Of a stretch of 64,000 nt of DNA, positions 22,488 to 32,870 are shown piece by piece. Positions within the stretch are counted from its first letter, which is position 1, and each line of letters opens with the position of its first letter. A program made the translations under genes and the position numbers. The notes beneath the pieces are model-generated. The model had not been told where the DNA came from. It worked only from the letters and a program-made list of their open reading frames with translations, and searched no databases. This DNA comes from an uncultured Actinomycetes bacterium (GTDB lineage: Bacteria > Actinomycetota > Thermoleophilia > UBA2241), in NCBI GenBank assembly GCA_963755025.1, contig CAVWIH010000030.1:64001-128000 (forward strand). Reading direction: 5' to 3'.

Positions 22488-23590
22488 CGGCGCCGCTGGT
22501 GGCCCTCGTGCGACGCCCCCGCCAGGCTGGTGAGCAGGTCGGCGAGCTCGTCGCGCGCGACCACGACGTCGGCGGCCGCGGCGGCCTGTTCGTGGCCCTC
22601 GGCGATGGCGACGCCCATGCCGGCCCACGACAGCATGCCGGCGTCGGGAGCGCCGTCGCCGCAGGCCACGACGGCGCCGGCGGGCACGCCCAGCCGGGCG
22701 CACAGGCCGGCCAGCGCGGTGCGCTTGTCGGCGCGCGCGTGGTGGACCTCGAGATAGCCGGGCGCCGCCTGACTCACGGCCAGGTCGGGCCAGCGCGCGG
22801 TCAGCTCGTCGAGCACGCCGGCCGAGCGGCCCGGCGGCGGCGGCCGGCGCGCGACGGCCGGTTCGCCGGCGCCGTGGCGCCGGCGTCGCCGTCGCGCCCG
22901 CGTGGGGCCGTCGGGGCCGTCGGGCGCCGCGACGATCAACCGCGTGACCGCCACGCCGTCGAGCGCGGCGGCAAGATCGTGCTGCGGCCGCAGGACCGTC
23001 GGCGGGCTGGGCGTCACCTGGACCGGCGCGCCGGTCGGCCGGGCGGCCGTGCCACCGTTATCGGCCTGCACCCAGCGTTCGTCGTCGACGTACGCGGTGA
23101 GGGTCGCGCCGGCCTCGTGCAACGCCGCCACCGCCGGCCCGACCGCCTGCTTGGGCAGGTCGAGCCGCTGCAGCCAGCGCCCGCCGGCGACGTCGACCAC
23201 GACCGCGCCGTGATAGGCGATCGCGACACTGTGCTCGAGGCCGAGCTGCACGGCGAGGGCGCGCGTGGGCGCGACGGCGCGCCCCGTGCAGATCACGACC
23301 GGCACGGCCGCGGCTCGCAGGGCGGCGACGGCGCGCAGGACGCCGGGAACGGGCGTGCTGTGATAGTCGAGCAGCGTGCCGTCGAGGTCGCAGACCACGA
23401 GCGCCGGGAGGCCGCTCGCGTCGCGCCCGCCCGCCGCGCCGGCGCTGCCCTTCGCGCCTGCGCCGGCTCGCGCGCCGCCGCCGGGTTCGCCGGCCGTCAG
23501 CCCGGCGCCGTTCACGCCGGCGCTGTTCACGCCGGCGCTGTTCACGCCGGAGCCGCGCTTCACGCGGCCGTTGCCGTTGCGGCCCTTCAT
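22484..23590 (-). CDS. HAD-superfamily (Cof-type) hydrolase
   Basis: VCDLDGTLL, CTGR, YHGAVV, LEV...DK, ACGDGAPDAGML. Low-complexity N-terminus. Confidence 0.85.
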   Translation of the reverse strand: MKGRNGNGRVKRGSGVNSAGVNSAGVNGAGLTAGEPGGGARAGAGAKGSAGAAGGRDASGLPALVVCDLDGTLLDYHSTPVPGVLRAVAALRAAAVPVVICTGRAVAPTRALAVQLGLEHSVAIAYHGAVVVDVAGGRWLQRLDLPKQAVGPAVAALHEAGATLTAYVDDERWVQADNGGTAARPTGAPVQVTPSPPTVLRPQHDLAAALDGVAVTRLIVAAPDGPDGPTRARRRRRRHGAGEPAVARRPPPPGRSAGVLDELTARWPDLAVSQAAPGYLEVHHARADKRTALAGLCARLGVPAGAVVACGDGAPDAGMLSWAGMGVAIAEGHEQAAAAADVVVARDELADLLTSLAGASHEGHQRRR

Positions 23591-24825
23591 GCCGGCACGG
23601 TCGCCGCGCCGGTCGCGGCGTCGCCGCCGTGCGACTCGCCGCCGCCACTCGTCGCCGAGGCGTCGCGGCACTCAGCCGTCAGCGCCCGGCGGGCGAGCGC
23701 CTCGGTGGGCTCGCCGGTCAGGCGCTCGACGGCGCGCGCGAGCTCGAGGGCGCGCTCGAGCCGCGCCCGGGCGTGGGCCGCGCCTTCGGGTTCGGTCCGC
23801 AGATCGGCCAGGCGCGCGGTCAGGCGTTCGTCGAGCGCGACGACGCGCGCGCCGGCCACCAGCTTGTCGGCCAGGTAGAGAATCTCTGCTTCGTCTGGGA
23901 GGATCTGACCGTGAGCCTCAAGCTCGTCCTGAGGGTCCATGTGCAGGGCCGTGACGGCCGCGACCCGGCGATAGCCGAGGTCGCTCAAGAGCCGCGCGCC
24001 GGCCGCGGCGTGACCGGGTTCGGTGCGCGCGATGTCGTGCAGCAGCGCGGCCGCTTCGACCAGACGGGCGTTCAGGTGCAGCTCGCAGCGGTTGAGCCGC
24101 GCCGTCAGGGCGACGGCGACCGCGGCGACCGCGCGCGAGTGCGCCACGACCTGCGGCGGCAAGCCGGCGTCGCGCAACAGCCCCAGGCAGCGCGCTGCGT
24201 CGGGCAGGCCCTCGCCGGCGACGTACGTCGCAGGCGCGCCGGTAGTCGGCCGGCGTGTCCATGTCGAGCAGGATGCCCGGATCGTCGACCGCGACCTCGA
24301 GCGCGTCTGCGTCGCACGCGGCAAGCAGGCCACGCAGGCCGTCGGCCGGTTCGTCGCAGGCCTCGTCGGCCGTCGCGGCGGCCGGCAGCGCGCCGCGGGC
24401 GATCAGCGGCGGGTGGCCGCGACGCCCGCTCGTGCACCGGGTAAACGACCGGGGCCGGGTGTGCGCGCGCGGCGCGCGCCAGGCGGCCGATCGTCTCGGC
24501 ACGCACCAGGGCGCAGTCGGTCGGCAACAGAAAGAACGCGTCGACGTCGGCGTCGAGGCGCGGCTACGCCGGCGGCCACCGACGAGAACATGCCGCGCTT
24601 CCAGCCGTCGTTGACGACGACGGTGGCGCCGAGCGCGACGGCCGCGGCGCCCACCTCGTCGCCGCACCAGCCGACCACCACGCGCACGTCGTCGACGCCG
24701 GCGTCGGTGAAGGCGCCCACGGCGCGCGCCAGCACCGTGGCGTCGCCCAGCGGCAGCAGCGGCTTGAGCTCGCCCATGCGCGACGAGCGCCCGGCGGCCA
24801 GCACGATGGCGGCGAGGCGTGTCAT
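23587..24825 (-). CDS. MocA-like NTP transferase fused to an HD domain (DVU_1551-like); frameshifted
   Basis: IVLAAGRSSRMGELKPLL, GMFSSV, PTDCALV, GHPPLI, ILLDMDTPADY; then HSRAVA, AALLHDIAR, HAAAGA, HMD, LYLADK. Confidence 0.85.
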
Positions 24826-24972
24826 CGGGCGGACGGGGCGCTGCGGCGCGCGGCCGGCCGGGGCGTGGCGCCGCGGTGCTGGGTCGGCCGGGCGATGGCG
24901 TCGCGGCGCGCGGCCGGCCGGGGCGCGACGGGGCGGCGCGGCGCGCGCGCTGCGGTGCGGTGGGTCATCACG

Positions 24973-26018
24973 CTAGGCGTCCTTGCCCGCCCGCACCTGG
25001 ATCATCTCGGCGACGATGCTGATGGCGAGCTCGGCCGGCGTCTCGGCGCCGATCTGCAGGCCCACCGGCGAGTGCACGCGCGCGAGCGCCTCGTCGTTGA
25101 AGCCGGCCTCGCGCAGCGTGTCGGCGATGCGCTTGCGCTTGGTGCGGCTGGCCATGAGGCCCACGTAGCGAGCCGGTGTGCGCAGCGCCTGCTGGAGCAC
25201 GGTCATGTCGTGGGTGTGTCCCGCGCGTGACGATCACGACGTAGCACTGCTCGTCGACCGCCACCCGGGTGAGCGCCCCCTCGAACGACGACAGCAGGAC
25301 GACCTGGGCGCCGGGGAACAGCCGCGGGTCGGCGAACTCTTCGCGGTCGTCGAGCACGACCGTGCGCCAGCCGGCGCGCGCCACGACCGGCGCCAGGGCG
25401 CGGCCCACGTGGCCGGCGCCGCAGATGATCGCCGTGGAGGGCGCGATCGAGCGCCTCGACCAGCACCTCGCGACCGTCGGGCAGCCGGGCGTGCCGTGCA
25501 CGTTGATCTTGCCGACCGCCTTGCGCAGGCTCGCCGGCTCGCACGGCCGCGCGCCGACGAGCGGTGTCGTCGTCGCGCAGCAGGCAGTACTCGACGGCGC
25601 CGCCGACCGCGGCGGGCAGCACGGTGAACAGCCAGGCGCGGCGCTGGGCGGCGGCCGCCTCGCGCAGCGCCGCGCAGACCTCGGCGAGCACCGGGTCGCC
25701 CGGCGCGACGTAGGCGATCAGCACGTCGGCGGCGCCGCCGCAGATCATCTCGTCGGCGCTGTCGACGTCGGTGCCGCGCAGCCCCATGCTGGTGATCTCG
25801 GAGCGCTTGCGCTGCAGTCGCCTCGGCCGCCTTGCGCATCATCGAAGCCTCGAGCAGGCCGCCGCCGATCGTGCCGGCGATGGAGCCGTCGCGGCGCACG
25901 AGCATCTCGGCGCCGGCCTGGCGCGGCGTCGAGCCGCTGTTCGGCGACCAGCCGCACCAGGGCGAAGTCCTGCCCGGACTGCAGTAGCTGCCAGCACCTC
26001 GTCGACGATCTCTTTCAT
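24973..26018 (-). CDS. xdhC: XdhC-family molybdo-hydroxylase maturation factor; frameshifted
   Basis: GSTPRQAGAEMLV..GTIGGGLLEA, MICGG, ICGAGHVG, LDDREEFA, VIVTRG, YVGLMASRTK, HSPVGLQIGAETPAELAISIVAE. Confidence 0.88.
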
Positions 26019-27504
26019 CGGCGTCTCCTGGGCGTTCGTCGATCAACATGCGTTTGCCGGCGCCGTCGCTGCCGGTCCACGGCGCGGCGGCCGCGAGACC
26101 TCGACCCGCAGGCGCCCGGCCGCCGTGGCCGCGGCCACGGCCGGGAAGCTGTGCGAGGGCGGCGGCGGCGCGGCGCGGCCGCGCCGCGCCGCAGCCGCCC
26201 TCGCAGAGCACGCTCGACCGTGAGCCGTTCTTCAGTCGCCATCGACGCTCAGAGCGCGCGCGAAAGTCGAGCACGTCGTCGAGCGCGAAGAGCGCCTCGT
26301 CGAGGTCGGCCAGGCTCAGCCGCTCGCCGCCGGCCAGCATGGCGACGTCGCCGCGGCGCTCGCGCACCGTGCGCCAGCAGGCGCAACCGACGAGCCGCAG
26401 GGACAGGGCTCGGCGACGAAGCGGCCCAGGTCGCCGGTGCGATAGCGGATCAGCGGCATCGCCTCGCGGGTGAGGGTCGTGAAGACGATCTCGCCCTCCT
26501 GCCCGAGCGGCAGCGGCGCGCCGCTCAGCGGGGTCGACGACCTCGAACAGCAGGTCGGCCTCGCGCAGCGTGCAGGCCGGCGTGAGCGGCGCACTCCACG
26601 CCGCCGCCCAGGCCCATCTCGGTCGTGCCGTAGTGGTTGAAGACGCGGCAGTCCCAGGCCTGCTCGATGGCCGCCGCGATCGCCTGCGGCACGTGGTCGG
26701 TGCTGAGCAGCACGCTGCGCACGTTCAGGCGCCGCCCCTGGGCGACGCTGCGCCGCGCCAGGGCCAGGACCTGCACGGGGATGCCGACCACGACGCTCGC
26801 CTGCTCGCCTTCGAGACCGTCGAGCGCGGCGGCGACGTCGCTGACCGGACCGTAAGGCAGCGGCGTCGCGCCGAGCCGCTCGAGGCCGCGGGCCAGCAAG
26901 CTCGCCGACGCTGCCCGGCCGCTCGCCGGGCAGCAGGATCAGCACGCGGTCGCGGGCCCGGCGAAGCACCGACATGCCGCAGCTGGAAGAAGTCGATCGT
27001 GAGCTCCTGATCGGCGGCGCTGAACGCGATGCGCTTGGGCTCGCCGGACGTGCCCGAGGTGGGCAGCGTGACGATGCGCTCGACCTCGCCAGCGGGCACG
27101 CAGCGCAGCCGCGCGCCCTCGGCGCGCAGCGTCGTCGGCGGTCGTGAAGGGCAGCGCGGCGAGGTCGTCGAGGGAGGCGCACGTCGTACACGCCGACGGC
27201 GCTCAGGCGTTCGGCGTAGAACGGACTGTGGGCCTTGACGTGGGCGACGGTCTCGCGCAGCGCCGCCAGCTGATGGCGGCGCAGGTCGTCGGGCGCGCTG
27301 CGCTCCGGCCGCCCGGTCGTGGCCCTGGCCGGCGCCCCGGCGCCGGGCGGCGCGAGCGGCGCCGGCACTCGGTCGCCGGCCGGTGCGACCGGCGCCGGCA
27401 GCGGCCGGCCGGGCCCCACGGCGCCCGCCACGCGCGCCGCGACCCAGGCGTCGAGCGACGTGAGCGCCGGCTCCGCCGGCGCGGCCGCCCCGCCGCAGAG
27501 TCAC
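26015..27504 (-). CDS. AMP-dependent CoA-ligase-like protein (phenylacetate-CoA ligase fold, DVU_1553-like); frameshifted
   Basis: SPFY, RIVTLPTSGTSGEPKR, LPGERPGSVG, NHYGTTEMGLGGGVEC, GEIVFTTLTREAMPLIRYRTGD. Confidence 0.85.
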
Positions 27505-27902
27505 GGCGAGAGCTTCCCGCGGTCGGCGAGGATCTGCATGGCGGTCTCGTAGGTGCGCGCCATGATCGACGGGCACTTGGTGTAGCGGTCGAGGGGGTCG
27601 TCGCTCAGGATCTCGCAGCAGGCGAGCGAACCGTACTCGCCGCGGAACCAGTCGACGAGCTCGGCCACGAGGGCGCCGTCGAACGGCGGCGAGCCGCGCA
27701 GCGCCATGGCGAGCGCGCCGCCGGCCAGGGCGCCGCAGTCGGCGCCCGAGAACATGCCGACGCACAGCGCCGCCACCGCGTCGACCATCTGCTCGTTCTC
27801 CGCGCCGAGCTCGTCGAGCGCCACCTGCACCAGGACCTGCGTGCAGCAGTAGCCCCGCAGGGCGAGCTCGTTTATGCGCGCGGCGCGCTCGTCGTCGTTC
27901 AT
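27501..27902 (-). CDS. C-GCAxxG-C-C family redox protein (DVU_1555-like)
   Basis: GYCCTQ, CGALAGG, ELVDWF..YGSLACCEIL, KCPSIM. Confidence 0.88.
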   Translation of the reverse strand: MNDDERAARINELALRGYCCTQVLVQVALDELGAENEQMVDAVAALCVGMFSGADCGALAGGALAMALRGSPPFDGALVAELVDWFRGEYGSLACCEILSDDPLDRYTKCPSIMARTYETAMQILADRGKLSP

Positions 27903-27936
27903 GATCTGCCCATGGCGTGCTGCCCTCGTCGATCGT

Positions 27937-28761
27937 TCACGGCGTGCCGCCCTCGTCGTGCGCGCCGAGTGGGTCGCTCACGTCGGAGGCCGCGCCGTGC
28001 TTGCCGGCCTCGCCGCGCGCCCGCTCGCCGAGCCGCGCGATGCAGAGACAGTATCCCAGGCCGCCGAGGCCGCGCGAGCGGGCCGGCTCGGCTCGGCCGT
28101 CGGCGCGGTCGCCGAGGTCGGCCGGCGGCGCGGCCACCCCGACCGCCGCCCAGAACGCCGCCATCGAGCCGTGCTGCTCGACGATGTCCCAGACAAGACG
28201 GGCCAGAAGCCCAGATTGGTCTTCCCAGGTCGTGACGTCAAACCCGTGCTCGTCGAGCAGCGTGCGCAGGCCGTCGGGCCGGCCGCGCCGGTAGATGTCG
28301 CTGACCAGCAGCAGCCCGCCGGGGCGCAGCACGCGGGCGCACTCGGCGACCGCCCGCGCCGGCTCGTCGGCGAGCGACAGCGAGCATTCGGCGAGCACCG
28401 CGTCGTAGGAGTCGTCGTCGAACGGCAGCTCCTCGGCGCGGCCCTGGCGCAGGTCGAGCTCGGGCCGGTGCCGGTGGCCCTCTTCGAGCAGCACCGGTGA
28501 CGGGTCGAGGCCGGTGGCGAGCATGCCGTAGCGCAGCGTGAGGTGCTCGACCGCGAGGCCGTCGGCGCAGCCCACGTCGAGCACGACCGAGCCGCGCGGC
28601 AGCGCGCTCAGGCTGAGGGCGCGGTCGGTGAGCTCGAGGCCGCCCGGGCGGCGGCAGCCCCCGGCGACGGCTTGCAGCACGGCGCCTTCGTAGAGGCACG
28701 GCACGGCGAGCACGGCGGGCGTCGTCCCCCAGATGCTGGCGTGGGTCTCGCGCGCGCTCAC
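27937..28761 (-). CDS. SAM-dependent methyltransferase (DVU_1556-like)
   Basis: RPGGLELT, VLDVGCADG, AEELPF, ECSLS, RVLRPGGLLLVSDIY, WED.S..L, GYCLCIA. GTGA overlap with the radical SAM stop at 28758. Confidence 0.87.
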   Translation of the reverse strand: MSARETHASIWGTTPAVLAVPCLYEGAVLQAVAGGCRRPGGLELTDRALSLSALPRGSVVLDVGCADGLAVEHLTLRYGMLATGLDPSPVLLEEGHRHRPELDLRQGRAEELPFDDDSYDAVLAECSLSLADEPARAVAECARVLRPGGLLLVSDIYRRGRPDGLRTLLDEHGFDVTTWEDQSGLLARLVWDIVEQHGSMAAFWAAVGVAAPPADLGDRADGRAEPARSRGLGGLGYCLCIARLGERARGEAGKHGAASDVSDPLGAHDEGGTP

Positions 28762-30177
28762 ACAGGCCCCGCAGTCGAGCTCCGCCCGACGCCGAGCCCC
28801 TGCCCGCCGGCGGCCGTCAGGTTGTAGGCGCAGAACGGGACGAAGCGCCCGTCGGGCGCGAGCACGTGCAGGTAGCAGTGCCGGAGGCGCTCGAGATCGA
28901 CCGTCCAGGCGTCCTGGAACGCCATGGCGCTCACGCTGAACGTGTTCTCGCGGATCTGCCGCAGGATGCCGTCCCACTGGTCTTCGGGTGCATGATCCGC
29001 CGCGCAGCAGCTCTTCGCCGGCGCCGACCAGCGCTGCGCCACGTGCGCCGCCTTGTCGGTCGGTCGCGGCGCCGCTGTCGGTCGGTCGCGGCGCCGCCTT
29101 GTCGGCCGGTCGCGGCGCCGCGGAAGACTGGTCGGCAGCGGCGCCGCAACACCCGGAGCCCTCGGCCGCCTCGCGCCGCAGCGCCACGAGCGTGCCGTCG
29201 GGCGCCTGCAGGTACTCCCTGCTGAACGAGCAGAGGGCGTGCTCGCAGTCGCCGGGAGCGAGGTCCTCGAGGGCGATGCGTCCGTCGCTCTGTTCCGCCA
29301 GCTCCCTCATGACGTCGGGGAGCGTCACGCGAGCGCCGGCGGCGGCGAGCGCGTCGGGGTACCTGCCCAGCAGCGCCAGCGGCTGAAGATGGATCCCGCG
29401 CACGGCGGGCAGGTGCTCGAGGGCGAAGGAGAGGATCAGCCCGAGCTGGTCGAGGTTGACCCCGCGCGCGACGGTCGGCACGAGCACGACGCCCAGGCCG
29501 GCCTCGGCGCAGCGCTCCACCGCGCGCAGCTTCAGCGCGGCCAGCGCACGGCCGCGCAGGGCGAGGTAGGCGGCGTCGTCGACGCCGTCGAACTGCAGAA
29601 AGACGGTCTGCAGACCGGCGGCGGCGAGCGTCTGCGCGTACCCGTCGTCTGTCGCGAGCCGCAGCCCGTTGGTGTTCAACTGCAGAAAGGAGACGCCGAG
29701 AGAGCGTCCGAGGGCGACGACCTGCGGCAGGTCGTCGCGCACGGTCGGCTCGCCGCCGGAGAGCTGCACGTTGCCGCCGGGCGCCCGCTCGAGCACGCGC
29801 CGGAACCAGCCCTCGATCTCGTCGATCGAGGGGTCCGGCGCGCTGCGCCGCCGGGCGCTCGCAAAGCAGATCGGGCACTCGAGGTCGCACCGCGCCGTCA
29901 CCTCGAGCAGCACGCAGCACGTCTGCCGCACGTGACCCGCGCACAGGCCGCAGGCCGTCGGGCAGTCGGGGTTCTCGGCCGGGTCGCCGCAGCTCGGCCC
30001 CGAGCCGGCCGCGCGCCACTCGTCGTAGTCGGGCGGCCCGCGCCAGATCAGCGCCCCCACCTGACCGTGCTCGGGGCAGGTCCGCTCCAGCCACACGTTG
30101 CCGCCGCGCCGCACCACCGACGCCCGCAGCCGGCGAAGGCACAGCGGACACAGGCTCGTGGTCTGGGTCTCTCTCAC
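28758..30177 (-). CDS. trsS: Radical SAM protein of the TrsS type, Cys form; frameshift near 29040
   Basis: TSLCPLC, CPEHG, CPTACGLC, EVTARCDLECPICFA, QLSGGEPT, FLQFDG, CEHALCSF, SAMAFQDAWTVDLERL..C, VPFCAYNLT. Confidence 0.82.
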
Positions 30178-30193
30178 CTGCCGACGCTCCCGC

Positions 30194-32767
30194 TCACTTG
30201 TCTTCGAGGGCCAGTTCGACCTCGTGCATGCGGCCCGTGGCGAGCCGCTCGCTCACCAGGACGAGGCCGTGCTCGAGACAGGCCGGCAGCTTCACCGGAA
30301 AGCCGGCCACCAGGTACGAGAGCGTCACCGAGCGCGGCTCGAGGGCGTGGTCGCCCCTGGCGCAGCGCCAGACGCGGCCGTCGTCGTCTTCGAGGGCGTC
30401 GGCGGCGGGCCAGGGCGGGGGCTTTATCTCCATACGGTGACTATAGGCGCTGTACACCACGAAACGCTCGCCCTGGGGAGCGTACTCGACCCAGAAGGTG
30501 ACGGCGCCGATGGTCCGCGCGGCCAGCAGGCGCCCGGTGCTCGGCTCGATGAAGCGGTCTCCCGTCTTCTGCGCGTGGACGATCACCTCGTGGACCTCGT
30601 CGGGACGGATGAAGCGCTGTTCGAGGAGCTCCTCGACCCCGGGCGCGAGCTCCAGGTCGTCGCGCCAGCTCGACGTGACGGCGGGGCCCTCGTGCCACAC
30701 GTCGGCCAGCAGGCGCCGCTTTAAGGCGACGCGCTGCGCCGAGCGCTGCGTGAGCGCCGGTCCGCGGCGCGCGGCGCGCGTCTCGTAGGCGTCGCCGAAC
30801 AGCAGGTCGAGGACGTGCAGCGAGCGCTTGCCCCGCGCCACGAAGCGGTCGCGGCACATGGCGCAGTGGGCGACGTAGTCGGCGTCGCCCTCGGCGATGC
30901 GCCGGTCGACGACGGTGTCGCCCATCTCCGGGTTCGCGTAGAGCATGAGGCCGCCAAAGCCGCAACACTCCGTGCGCTCGCCCGACATCTCGAGCTCGTC
31001 GATCTCGTAGCCGCAGGCGCCGACCACGTCGCGCACCGCGCGCTGGACGTCGTGCTGGTAGCGCGCCGTGCAGGCGTCGTGGATGGCCACGCGGCGTCCG
31101 CCGCCCGAGCCGGCCGCGCCGTCGGGCAGCCCCACCTCGCGCAGTACCTCCCACAGCGACACCGTCTCGAACTCGGGCAGCCGCCTGGCAAAGACGGTCT
31201 CGCAGGTGGGACAGGCGAGGATCAGGCGTCGCGCGCCGAGGCCGTTCAGGTGCTCGCGCAGGCCCTCGAGCGTCTCGTCGAAGAGCTCTCCCTGGCCGGC
31301 CCAGTCGGCCGGCGCGCCGCAGCAGTAGAGCACGAGCCCGGTGGTCGGCGAGTAGCGTTCGCGCAGGTAGGCGTAGGCCTGCTCGAGGTGCCCCGGGTCG
31401 GACGCCGCCAGCTGGCAGCCCGGAAAGAAGACCGTGTCGCTCGTGGCGGCGCCCGGGGCGTGGCGCGCCAGCGCCGACTGCTCGCCGACGGCCAGGCGCA
31501 GGTCCTGCAGGGCGAAGTCGAAGGCCGAGGCCGGCATGCGACCCTGGCGCACCATCTCGCGGCGGGCGTCGCCGATCACCTCGGCCATGTCGAGGTCGAC
31601 CGGACAGACCTCGTAGCACAGGCGGCAGCGACTGCAGGAGTCGATCATGCGGTTGGTCGTGCGGCTGCCCCTGCCCTGCGTCACCGTGAGGTTGTTGTAG
31701 ATGCGGCGCGCGTAGAGGCCGGGGTGCGAGCCGAACTGCTCCAGGTACGAGCACGCCTTGACGCACTCGAGACACTCGCACTGCAGGCAGCGCGCCGCCT
31801 CGGCTCTCGCCTCGTCGCGCGAGTAGCCGGCGGCGGGGTCGGCCGGGTCCACGGGCGGCGCACTCTCGACGCCGTCCATGTTGACGATCAGGCCGGTGGC
31901 GTAGCCGCCGCGATCGCCGCGCGAGGCGCCGAGCGAGACGTGCTGCAGCTGGCGGTCGATGGAGAGCGCCGCCCGGCGACCGTCGGCGATCGAAGAGATC
32001 GGCGACCACGGCTCGGAGGGCCGCAGGATGCTGCCCCCGCAGTAGGTGCCGAGCTTGCTGGTCGCCAGCGTGACCGGGTCGACGGCGATGCGGCCCTGGT
32101 CGTCGAGCAGGTAACCCAGGGCGGCGCCGGCGTCGGCCTCGGAGGCCCCCATGGCCAGGTACACGGCGTCGACGTCGGGCGCCAGGGCGGCGAGCGCGTT
32201 CTCTCCGCGGGGCCGCGTGAGCGCTACGGGGGTGAACGGCACGAGCTGGGCGCCCGCCGCGGTGACGCGCGCGACGTCGGCTTCGAGCTCGGACTCGGGG
32301 AGCACGTCGTCGCCGAGCTCGCGAGCGCGGCCGCCGGCTCTGTCTTGCGCCTCGAAGACGACGACCGAGTAGCCCTTGCGGGCGAGGTCGTAGGCGGCAC
32401 TGAGGCCGCTCAGGCCGGCGCCCACCACGGCCACCCGGCCGGGCTTCGCGCGGCGCGGGACCGCCGCCGTCGCCGCCGGCTCGTCGGCCAAGCTCATGGC
32501 CGCGCGCTCGAGGTCGTTGATGCGGATGCCGCCGCCCGCCTGCTCGCGCACGCAGGCCGTCTGGCAGGGGGCGTCGCAGCAGCGCGAGATCACGCGCGGG
32601 AAGGGCACCGCCTGGGTGAAGGCGCGGCGCGCCTCGGCCCAGTCGTCGCCGACCGCCGCCGCGAGCAGGGTCCTCGCGTCGACGTGCACCGGACACGCCG
32701 TCACACAGGCGGCCGGCTGGTTCTGGATACAGAGCTCCTCGAGCTGCAGCAGCCTCTTCTGGTCCAT
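30194..32767 (-). CDS. Pyridine nucleotide-disulfide oxidoreductase / FeS dicluster / CCG-domain protein (DVU_1558-like) with a fused C-terminal DVU_1557-like redox domain
   Basis: CxxxCPVH, VVGAGLSG, RCLQCECLECVKAC, CSRCRLCYEVCP, FFPGCQL, CCGAPA, HDAC, CCGFGG; C-terminal W.C...LPAC...VLVSERLATGRMHEVELALEDK. Confidence 0.87.
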   Translation of the reverse strand: MDQKRLLQLEELCIQNQPAACVTACPVHVDARTLLAAAVGDDWAEARRAFTQAVPFPRVISRCCDAPCQTACVREQAGGGIRINDLERAAMSLADEPAATAAVPRRAKPGRVAVVGAGLSGLSAAYDLARKGYSVVVFEAQDRAGGRARELGDDVLPESELEADVARVTAAGAQLVPFTPVALTRPRGENALAALAPDVDAVYLAMGASEADAGAALGYLLDDQGRIAVDPVTLATSKLGTYCGGSILRPSEPWSPISSIADGRRAALSIDRQLQHVSLGASRGDRGGYATGLIVNMDGVESAPPVDPADPAAGYSRDEARAEAARCLQCECLECVKACSYLEQFGSHPGLYARRIYNNLTVTQGRGSRTTNRMIDSCSRCRLCYEVCPVDLDMAEVIGDARREMVRQGRMPASAFDFALQDLRLAVGEQSALARHAPGAATSDTVFFPGCQLAASDPGHLEQAYAYLRERYSPTTGLVLYCCGAPADWAGQGELFDETLEGLREHLNGLGARRLILACPTCETVFARRLPEFETVSLWEVLREVGLPDGAAGSGGGRRVAIHDACTARYQHDVQRAVRDVVGACGYEIDELEMSGERTECCGFGGLMLYANPEMGDTVVDRRIAEGDADYVAHCAMCRDRFVARGKRSLHVLDLLFGDAYETRAARRGPALTQRSAQRVALKRRLLADVWHEGPAVTSSWRDDLELAPGVEELLEQRFIRPDEVHEVIVHAQKTGDRFIEPSTGRLLAARTIGAVTFWVEYAPQGERFVVYSAYSHRMEIKPPPWPAADALEDDDGRVWRCARGDHALEPRSVTLSYLVAGFPVKLPACLEHGLVLVSERLATGRMHEVELALEDK

Positions 32768-32870
32768 CGTGCGTCCTTCGGCAAGGCCGATCGGCCGGGC
32801 CGGGAGAGTCCCGGCCCGGCCGCCCGCCGCGCCGGCCGCCTCACGGCGGCCGGCGCTTCGCTTACGACCC

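Noticed and set aside
27937-30177. 746-aa radical SAM-methyltransferase fusion
   Set aside because: The radical SAM C-terminus (AFQDAW..PFCAYN) is in another frame and stops at 28758, overlapping the methyltransferase GTG.
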